From Octopus sinensis (lineage: Eukaryota): 64,000 nucleotides of DNA. Every line of letters begins with the position of its first letter. Positions within the stretch are counted from its first letter, which is position 1. Made by a program: the position numbers and the translations under genes. The DNA lies in the NCBI RefSeq assembly GCF_006345805.1, contig NC_042999.1, positions 135,656,001 to 135,720,000 on the forward strand, read 5' to 3'. The notes beneath the pieces were generated by a model that saw only the letters and a list, made by a program, of their open reading frames with translations, made no database searches and was not told where the DNA came from. This document shows positions 55,348 to 64,000 of this stretch, one piece after another.

Positions 55348-58300
55348 TAAAGTATGAAGAGTATAAACATTACCGAATATGCTCTTTCCATGGCAATAGC
55401 AAAATAATACTCTCGACGAGAGTAAAGTCTCTCACAAACCATTACACTATTACAGATCCTCCCAGCTGCTCCAGTCTGTTTTGTAATTAGTTTAGATCCA
55501 ATCATCTGAGCAGCCAGCTTTCGTGCTTCTTCAGCACTGTAAAAGTAGAACAAGAGAATTAAGATGTAGACTGGAACGTGAAGATGTATCAACCAAGATT
55601 AAAAGTTAAAACTTTACATATTTATTTTTAGGTCTACTCTTCTTTAAATATTGTCATCCTTATTAATAAAAGTAATGTCGTGCATTACAAAAAAGATTTT
55701 GACACCAGTGAAGAATTCTTGTGAACATTTAAAAGACAGAAGATACAGGTTTGTTCATTCTACTGCATTCTATTGAGTTCTGGCTGTATTTAAATTTAGA
55801 ATAATCCTTTCTACTAAAGGCACAGGGCCTAAAATTTATGGGGAGAGGGAAAATCAATCATATTGACCCTGAGAGGCTGAAAGGCGAAGTTGAACTCAGC
55901 AAAATTTTAACTCAAAACATAAAGACAGATGAAATACCACTAAGCATTTTATCCAACATGCTAACCATTCTTTTCTACTCTAGGCACAAGGCCCAAAATT
56001 TTTGGGGAGGGGACCAGTCAATTAGACTGACTCCAGTATGCAACTGGTACTCAATTTATCAACCCCAAAAGGATGAAAGGCAAAGTCGACCTTGTACGGA
56101 ATTTGAACTCAGAACGTAAAGACAGTCAACATACTGCTAAGCATTTCGCCCAGCATGCTAACATTTCTGTCAGCTCACCGGCTTAGTACTTTAGAATAAT
56201 GGTTTCAAGTTTTAACACAGGACCAGCAGTTTGTAAGGAGAGGGGCAAGTTGATTACATTGACCCCAGTACTTGACTGGTACTTAAATTATTGATTCAGA
56301 AAAAAAAAATATGGAAGGCAAAGTCACCCTTGGCAGAATTTGAACTCAGAATGTGAAAAATAACTGAAAATACAATCTTTCTAAAATCAAGCTATGAATT
56401 TTATCATTTGAATTAAACTTCAGCAACTTTGGACAGTTTGAGAGGATCTGATGGGTTGAAGGATTGCATCATGTTCAAATGTCTGCTTTGGCATGATTTC
56501 TATGGCTGGATGCCCTTCCTAACACCAACCACTTTACAGAATGTACTTGGTGTTTTTTCATGCCATCTTCTTATCAGGAAGTGTGTAATATTTAATATTG
56601 GTAACTATAGTTGTTGCTGAGTTAGCTCTGATCCCACAGATGTTTGATTAAAAAAGTTCCAGCAATGACTGTCCCGTCTATATTCAGACATAGAGTATGT
56701 AGGACTATATTATTGAATATGTCTGTTCTTTTTCTACAACTATTGGTTGTGCTTCAAGGAAAATTTGTCTACTATTTCTTGTAGGTCAAGCAACCACATA
56801 ATTACTTTTTTGTTGGTTATCAGTAGCTATAGTAGCTGTTTTGCTTAAGATTAGCTCTGATAAAAACAAGCATATAGAGCATGGATAATAAATCAAATGA
56901 CTAGATGTAAACCACAGATATAGATCTGCATTCTTACAACCTCAGATCCTGTCAAACCATGGACTGTGGAGTTACTAATGGTGACAGTGAGCTGCTGTGG
57001 TTTCTTGACTTACTATAAATAGCAGTCAATCTTCCCCAAATCACACCCTACCATATTAAAAAAGGACACAATGTTCGAAAAAAGGTGGGAAACTAATGAC
57101 TGGTAAGCCAGTAACTATAAATCTGATCAATTAAGGATTACTTGGGGTCTTGCAATACAACAACAGCAAATATAGAGTGTACCATAAAGAGTACTGAATT
57201 TGAATTGGGTGACACTTTTGTATTTTGAAGTTTGAAGGCATGCTTTTATTATGTTTGCTATTGAGTCTGGGAAAATCAATTTGCTGACATTCACAGCAGT
57301 TGGGCATCCCAACCACTTCATTACATCGAATTTTGCATAAAGATCTCCATATGCATGCATACAAAATTCAACTTACGCAGCATCTTCAGCTACCTGGCCA
57401 TGGGGGGGGGGCGAAGGAAATTTGCTGACTGGGTTGTGAAGAGAATTGCAGCTGACGAAAATTTTGCAAAGAGAATCATTTGGATTTGGGTAAATGAAAA
57501 TCTTCAAATAATGCAAGAGTGTGAAATGCATCCACTGAAAACAACTGTGTGGTGTAGTTTTTGGGCAGGTGGAGTGCTTGGATTGTTCTTCTTTGAAAAT
57601 GATGAGGGGAGTGCAGTTACTATTAATGGAGAAAGTTACCAAAACATGATATTCACTGAGTTATGGGCGAACTTGGAAGATGCAGAGATTGACAACTTAT
57701 GATTTTGGCAGGACGGGGCAACCTGCCACACTTCACGCCAAATGCTTGCATTACTCCATGAAAAATTTCTGCAATGAGCAATATCCTTGCATGGTGACCA
57801 GCAATGATCACCACGATCCTGCGATCTTATGCCTTATGATTTCTTCTTATGGGAATATGTGAAATCACAGCTATACGTCAAGAAACCATGCACAATTCCT
57901 GAAATCAAGGCTGAAATTGAGCATGTGATTGGAGGCATCAGGTCACACATCTGTGAGAGAGTTATCGGAAATTTCGAGGAGTGCATAAATGTATGCAGAC
58001 TCAGTGCAGGTGAATATATGACCGACATTGTGCTCCATATCTAAATGGGAGACATAACTCATTAGAAATATGCAGAATATAACCATGTTCATAAGAATTC
58101 ATTTTAATTATTCACCTTTCAAATTCGGCATCCTTTATGGAACACTCTTTATAATTACCAAATACTATTGTATTATAGCCAACAACATCCAAAGGAAATT
58201 ATATTGCTACTAGACTACTCATGACCCGTTGGGTCATCTGGAAAGTCTGAGTTTCCCAGCAACAGAGTTTTGTTTCATGAGTGTTTTTTTCTTTCCCAGG

Positions 58301-61300
58301 TTAATTCACATGCTTTCAACGAATGTGACATTGAAATTATGTGTAAACGGCACCTTTCCCTGGAAAAGGAAAAGCTTTGGCAGCTATTTCTTGCACACCC
58401 TACTACCACGTAACAGGTATTTCAGGTCCTTCATCGCAAATAGCTGTTACATGGTAGTAGGGTGTGTTAGAAATAGCAGCCAAATCTTTGGAGCTGAGAT
58501 ACGTTGAATGCACTTGGAAAAAGTTTTGCAACAGTATTCCCTTGGGGCAATCTTTTGCTTTGACTCTCAGAACTGTCCTCCAGTTCAGCTGGTTCTGTTT
58601 GTTAATTTCCATAAAATCTTTTTATTTATTTACTTTTGTTTTAAAGTGAAAGAAAGGAGAAAGCGAAAGATGTATGAACATGTATATGAAATGGATGTGA
58701 GAGAGAGTGTCACTTACACATACATGAGAATACACACGTTCACTCACTCACTCTCTCACATACATACAAAAAAGATATACACATATGTATTGATGTATGT
58801 ATGCATACATGACAACACACCCCTTCATCTCTCTCTCTCTTTCACACACACATGTCCATTTCATATACATGTACATACATCTTTCACTTTCTCCTCTTTC
58901 ACTTTAAAACGAAAGCAAATAAATTTTTTTTACAGAAATTAACGACTTGAAAATAATTTTAAAAAACATTAAAATATTGTCTGTTTAAAGAAGGCTAAAA
59001 TATAACTTATTGTACAAACAACTTACATTTTTGTACAACATTCATTTAAAAATATTTCTGAATGATTACAATATTGTGTACTTCAAAAAGTTGACATTTT
59101 TTTTCATAGAGAGTGCGAAGACTATGTGTGTGTATATGTCACAGATAGCAAATGTGTGTTTGAGTTGATTCACTGCCATGACATTATATGTGTGTGTACG
59201 TGTGTTGATGTCAAGGAAGCCATGTTTTTTTTCATCAAGAAATAATTAACAAAAAATATTTTTACTTGTTTTCATAATAGAGGTCCAAATGTCAAAAAAA
59301 TTTGTGCTGAATTTTCTTTTTTTATGTAATTAATTCCATTTGTAGATGGTCTGTTATTTATATCACATTCTGATTTTGTTCAGCTTATTTCCTTTTACAC
59401 ACACACACAGCCAGTAACTCATACAGATTACTGCATGGTGAATAAAACAACCACATATTTAATATCAAAATAACTTGCTAAAAATATGCAACAAATTATT
59501 CTTTTTAAATTATGCCTAACCATCAATAAAAAAAATTGAACTTCCTTTCTTCAGTAGTGTCAGTTACCAGAGTTGACCCACAAACATGTAATCAAGTAAG
59601 CAAATAAGATAAAAACAGAAGCACCTAATGTTTTGGTGTTTGGATATAGGAAATAGTGTTTGTGGTGACCAATAATATAATGAAAACTGCATTACTGACA
59701 ACTCACGTGTAAACAAGTTTAACACCTCCTTTGAGACCACTTTCAAATTCTCCACGTCCTCTGCCTCCAGCAAGTACTTGGGCTTTGAGAACAACATCGG
59801 AATTACCCGTTTCTGAAGCTATTGAATTTAAATAAGGATAAATCTTTGTAGCAAGGATGAGAAGACAATGACACAAATAGTAATAATCAGTATATTGGCA
59901 TATATAGTTATGAAATAGTTCAGTAATGCCAAATATTAAAAAAAAACTTTTTATTTTAGAATACAGAAGAGTCAACCCTTGTGGGGGAAGAATACTGGCA
60001 ACTGAATCAACCTGAGTATTTAACTGGTATTTAATTTATTGACATCACTTACCTCCAAGAAAGTTAAAAACCAGGATTTCATTTAGAACAAAGGACCAGA
60101 ACTAAATTATGCTACAAGGCAGCTAATCAGCTACATTACAGTTAATTGACTGCCTTCTCAAGTTGATAAGATGAAATAGCAAACTAAGCCAACTTTCAGT
60201 GAATATACTTAAATCAAGTAAAATCCCCATGCAACTCAGCACCTCTTTACACCTGTACAGGTTGAAAAAAGTAGAGGGCATGTCATATTAAAGACAGCAA
60301 CGATATTCACAACAAACAGGTAGTTACAGTAAAAAGTTTGACATTTTAGCTTCCTAGCTATTGTGATATCATAAAAATGATTTCTAACATATGTACATGA
60401 TGCTTGAATTCAGTCAATTTAACCAACCCCTGTATTTGATTGGCATTTAATGTATTAACCTTGAGGGGATTAAAAGGCAAAAGAGGCCCTAGTGAGGTTT
60501 GAAATCTAAACATAAAGGAATGTTAACTAAACACTGCTATGCATTTTGTTTGTACTTTTTGGATTTTGCTACTCCAGCACTCTAGATGTTTGGTACCAGT
60601 GCTCTACCATGACCCCCCCCCCATAATAATCTAAACTCATATAAATACAAAATCTCAGGATAGACCACAGTAATCAGCAAAACAACATTGTTTGACAGGA
60701 AAATATTTTACAGGATACAACAAATCTGGTTTAGAAACAATATTTCCAGAAATATTCAAAGCTTAATGTTTAGATTTGAGGATACAGAGATCCATTTTCC
60801 ATTTCTTGTTTAAAATATCAACAATGAGTATAGAGAATTTTTCATTGAACAGTTATGTGTGTAGTATTATAAGGTATTTAAGAAAAGTAAAACAAAAAAA
60901 AAGTATGGTAGTCATCAAACAGTATTGAACCCTTTAGCATTTAAACTGGTTGTATCTAGCCCAAATATTCAATTGAGTTGGTCACTTGTTTCATGTTTAA
61001 AAAAAAAGGTTTCTCCTCTAAGAATTAAGATTTTCTAACATAGTGGAATATCTAAGGTCACTGATTTAATAAACACACTAAACTGAATAATTTAAGAGAG
61101 AGTAATTCCTTACATTTCAGAGTCAAAGAATAACACAGTGTAACAAAATTTTAACTTTTCTTTTTGTCTTTGGTCAGTAAGTGTTATTTCCTATTTGCTT
61201 CTATCTAGAAATCAAAGGAAATCACTACTATCCCCTCCAAATTTTGCTTTTGTGAACTGGACATAAATGTTCTGAAACTGACCTATTTTCCCATTACATT

Positions 61301-63542
61301 TCAGATGGGATCAGTGTTGCTCAAGCCGAAATATCGTTATAGCAAATATTCTGCTCAATACCACAGATTTATTTGTCAGTTGCTTGACCTTAATCACTTG
61401 AGCATATCCCTTAGTGGCTGACAATATATGCATCTCTGATCCTAAGCAGTAGTGGAGAAGCATCATAGCTATGTGTTGAGAGGGATTCTTTGGGGTTTGA
61501 ATAATTGTAACAAAAGTAAATTTTGAAAAATATTAGTCATTTTTCATACTTTCTAGGGGTAAGCAAATAGGAAATAACAGTTGCTAGTGAAGGAGAAAAA
61601 TTGTGTTACACAGCATTAATTGTCAAGAAGGTTAGTAAAAAACTTAGTCCCTTTTGTGCTATTCATTTAATGGATGGGTCACTGAAAGGCATATATGTTC
61701 TGTACAAATGTCATAAAGTTGAGGCATGATGCATTTCTTTGTCATTAACAACAAAGAATATGTTGTTAATAATACCCTGTAGAAATGTACAGACATCACA
61801 ATTTTTCTCTACATCCATTTTATACCTGTGTAAATTATGATCAACTAATATATTTTTCTTTTACCACATCTCAGATAAAGTTAATTTTTCATTAATTTTC
61901 TTACTCTAGCCCAGGGGTTCTCAACCATATTTTATCTATAGACCCCTTTGATTACCATTTTATTTTGGTGGACCTCCATAGTCATTCTATGTTTAAAAAC
62001 TAGTTTTAGAGATACCTCTTTTGAAATTCCCATTTCGTTTCTCACACATTAACTTGTGTAGGTTGAATTATATAAAATGTTAGAGAAAGAAACCTACTTG
62101 CTTCTTGTCATAAATACCAATACATACATCTAAAGCAAAATTTTTTTCAGGGGCCCTTAAAATACTATTGTAGATCCCCAGTTTGCTATTTTGTTGCATG
62201 GACTTCCCCAAAATCTTATATGGGCCTTCAGGAGCCATATGAACCCTGCTTGAAAACCACTGTTCTAGACCAACAAATAAATATATTTCTTCTGTATAGT
62301 TTTAGTACTTTACCTGCTAAAATTCTAAGTTACAGTGTGTCAACACCTTATTGATAAGCATCAACAAAGTGAAACATATCTAGAGTTATCTCCTGTACTT
62401 ATTGATATACAAATATTGGTTATTAACTAACATTTTTCTTCAACTATATATTTAATTTGGGATTTTTAAGGGTCTAAGCATTAGCTACACCTTCAAATTA
62501 ACATTAACTTGGCAAATTACACACACACACTGTTAAATTATAAGAATTTAGAAACTTCAAGAGATATGAAAATTAAAGGAGGAAATTGAAATATGTTGTA
62601 TTTTATACAGTAGGAAATGTTTACAATAGAATATGGAGAGCAAACCATTCTCATCAGCTTAGTGCCTCTTGACTACATATAATATTACAAAATGTTTACA
62701 TTCTTTACCAGTCAAGCTACTTAAATACAATTCTTATAAAAAGTTTTGTGGTTAACTTTTTAACTAACAGGGACATCACTCAAACTGAACAACTCAGTTT
62801 TTCATGAGGTGCAATAACAAAGTTTTTCTTTTATCATTTTGGTTGCAGCTTTATAATTACCATTATTATTGTAACACAGATTTTTTATGTTGTCGACTTC
62901 ACCATTTGGCTTATCACTAGAATATTATCAATTCAGTTACAGGACCACATTCAATACTTGACAAATATGTGTACTGATTTTACAGACAAGAACCAGACAC
63001 TATTGAATTACATTCAGGTGTGTAGAATGAGTGATTAGAATGCTAGATTGATGAATGAAAATTCTTCTGTCCAAGCTCTCTGCATATCTCTTGCTTCAGT
63101 CAATCTAAATGAAATGTCACAGGTTTCATAAGTGGGTAACCTGAAGAAATGCAGTATTCAAGCATTTAGCCAACAAAAATGTAGTCCAAATTGCAACAGA
63201 AATTGGTGATATATTAAAGACCTAAAGAAAATAAACAATGGTTTTTGGGGAACATATAAATGTACATAATTCATTTCAAAACATTTCTATATTATTTCAT
63301 ATTTAAAAAGCAAAAATAAAGTAACAAGTAAACTAATCTTGCAAGATTGTATAAGTTATTTGCAACTTACCAATATCTTTGGCATGTTTAAAAGCTTCTT
63401 CACTAGTAGTAGCAACTCGAAAATTTGGAACTCTTACACCGCCATCTTCCAATAATTTAAAGCTCAGATGCTCATGAAGAGACAAAGATCTTTTTTGTTG
63501 AGATTGAGGGTTTAGATTCAGAGAGAGGAGTGAAGAAAGCAC
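39874..63542 (-). CDS. SUCLA2: Succinate-CoA ligase [ADP-forming] beta subunit, mitochondrial; spliced CDS (10 exons in window, 5' exon outside)
   Basis: Exons 63371-63542, 59707-59812, 55374-55536, 53670-53840, 49483-49579, 48196-48357, 47355-47497, 43487-43607, 42352-42440 and 39874-39948 all have AG/GT boundaries. They join in frame (1299 nt = 433 codons) and give [80 protein letters not shown]. These motifs fit SUCLA2 better than SUCLG2. Confidence 0.97.
42352..42440 (-). CDS. SUCLA2: SUCLA2 exon (89 nt): (G)[29 protein letters not shown]
   Basis: Long T tract + cag acceptor, gtcagc donor; phase 1 to 0. Confidence 0.95.
42529..42736. mobile_element. piggyBac-type MITE, family 2 (TTAACCCTTTAGC..GCTAAAGGGTTAA)
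   Basis: TIRs and TTAA ends. Related copies at about 9982-10200, 16424-16625, 35238-35397 and fragments at about 14950 and 60929. Confidence 0.8.
43487..43607 (-). CDS. SUCLA2: SUCLA2 exon (121 nt): [40 protein letters not shown]
   Basis: ttatag/gtaagt; [10 protein letters not shown] motif. Confidence 0.97.
44065..45385. mobile_element. Helentron-associated (HINE/DINE-1-like) non-autonomous element, copy 1
   Basis: Starts TACTAGACTACTAGTGACCCG; has an internal inverted repeat with CA/TG microsatellites; closely similar to 58208-59282. Superfamily assignment is inference. Confidence 0.6.
47355..47497 (-). CDS. SUCLA2: SUCLA2 exon (143 nt): (V)[47 protein letters not shown]
   Basis: tttcag/gtaagt; invariant SCS-beta ligase-domain motif. 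Confidence 0.97.
48196..48357 (-). CDS. SUCLA2: SUCLA2 exon (162 nt): (V)[53 protein letters not shown]
   Basis: ttccag/gtaagt; phase 1 to 1. Confidence 0.97.
48560..48800 (+). mobile_element. 3' end of a Penelope-like element with a decayed hammerhead-like motif
   Basis: [14 protein letters not shown]-like codons followed by CTGATGA-A-AGATC-TTT-GATCT-GAAA (48751-48775). Confidence 0.5.
49483..49579 (-). CDS. SUCLA2: SUCLA2 exon (97 nt): [32 protein letters not shown]
   Basis: ttttag/gtaaag; phase 0 to 1. Not in the ORF track; found by searching for the expected KYDAT.EINP motif. Confidence 0.95.
51286..51922. repeat. Tandem repeat, about 2.6 units of 230-270 bp
   Basis: Units start CGCGAAGATACGAATG at 51286, 51556 and 51785; contain (GA)n and CAAGATGGCG. 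Confidence 0.9.
52043..52605. repeat. Large AT-rich fold-back element with about 230-bp inverted arms
   Basis: TTAGAGATAAAACCACTATTAGGCAAATCAAACAGTGAAAAAC.. versus ..GTTTTTCACTGCTTGATTTGCCTAATAGTGGTTTTATCTCTAA. Confidence 0.9.
53670..53840 (-). CDS. SUCLA2: SUCLA2 exon (171 nt): [57 protein letters not shown]
   Basis: ttctag/gtaaaa; phase 0 to 0. Confidence 0.95.
55374..55536 (-). CDS. SUCLA2: SUCLA2 exon (163 nt): [54 protein letters not shown]
   Basis: ttacag/gtaatg; phase 2 to 0. Confidence 0.96.
57173..58149 (+). mobile_element. Decayed Tc1/mariner element with imperfect TIRs
   Basis: GAGTGTACCATAAAG..GAATTTGAA versus TTCAAATTC..CTTTATGGAACACTC; TA flanks; fragments [41 protein letters not shown]. 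Confidence 0.85.
58208..59282. mobile_element. HINE/DINE-1-like element, copy 2
   Basis: Colinear with 44065-45385 but lacks that copy's SINE fragment and its roughly 95-bp TTAGGG-containing segment. Confidence 0.6.
59707..59812 (-). CDS. SUCLA2: SUCLA2 exon (106 nt): (E)[34 protein letters not shown]
   Basis: ttcag/gtgagt; phase 1 to 2; ATP-grasp [10 protein letters not shown] motif. Confidence 0.96.
61912..62262. mobile_element. hAT MITE, same family in opposite orientation
   Basis: CAGGGGTTCTCAA..TTGAAAACCACTG termini; flanks ctctagcc / ttctagac (NTCTAGAN-type target). Confidence 0.75.
63371..63542 (-). CDS. SUCLA2: SUCLA2 exon (172 nt): [57 protein letters not shown]
   Basis: tttag acceptor and gtaagt donor. 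QQKR|SLSLHE resembles the presequence end and mature N-terminus (human QQRNLSLHEY). Confidence 0.93.
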
Positions 63543-63741
63543 CTAAATTTAAAACATTAAGTCTAAATCAGTCTATTAAAAAAACAACATATAAAACACA
63601 TATTATATAAAATTGTAATGTGTGTCAACATAATGTAATGAATCAAAAAATTGTAATTAATATTACACCTGTAGTGAAGAGAAAAAAATCATTACCTTAA
63701 CTAATTCTGGACAAGGTAAGAGACAACCCTAGAATTTAGCT

Positions 63742-64000
63742 TACCGTATTTGATGGCCTATAAGATGCACCTTTTTTACCCAAAAACGGCTTTAAAATTC
63801 TCCCTGCATCCAATGCACTCAATGTAGGCTCAAAACGATATGTATGTTTACAAAATGTGTGCTGCCATCTATTGGTAAACAATCGCCTACGGTATGTTTA
63901 TATTGAATGTGGATGTAATAAATTGCTTATAATTACCGATAACAAAGTTATACAGGTAAGTAGAAGAATTAAAACATCATTTAAGTGGTAATTTGGTGCA
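63742..64000 (+). mobile_element. pogo/Tc2-like DNA transposon terminus, truncated by window end
   Basis: TA|CCGTATTTGATGGCCTATAAGATGCACC resembles pogo-type TIRs. Confidence 0.5.

Noticed and set aside
59737-59772. GGRGRG instead of the usual GGRGKG in the SUCLA2 ATP-grasp motif
   Set aside because: Conservative change. The key lysine in VLKAQ is intact, and I recall this position varying in other SCS-beta proteins (e.g. plant GGRGLG).

Overview
AT-rich, repeat-dense animal genomic DNA, most likely octopus (inferred from the SINE/MITE/Penelope repeat families). It is not prokaryotic: no operons, CRISPR arrays or rRNA. Two intron-rich genes lie in tandem on the minus strand; I rebuilt both exon by exon from GT-AG boundaries and frame continuity. 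(1) SUCLA2, the ATP-specific succinyl-CoA ligase beta subunit: 10 coding exons at 63542->39874, 1299 nt including the stop; the first exon is beyond the right edge. (2) A retinoblastoma-family gene of the RB1 type: 9 coding exons at 27316->208, 918 nt (306 codons of the N-terminal domain), continuing beyond the left edge. Most of the short ORFs in the supplied track come from transposon remnants or microsatellites; a few contain these exons. The repeats comprise several SINE families, Tc1/mariner, piggyBac-type, hAT and pogo-like elements, RTE, CR1-like and Penelope retroelements, Helentron-like elements and fold-back palindromes. The best leads are the SUCLA2-RB1 adjacency (the genes are also near neighbours at human 13q14.2), intron-position differences in both genes, a short RB N-domain loop, and a family of fold-back elements near Penelope remnants with decayed hammerhead-like motifs. 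I found no convincing evidence of a wholly new biological system. All comparisons to human genes are from memory and need alignment.
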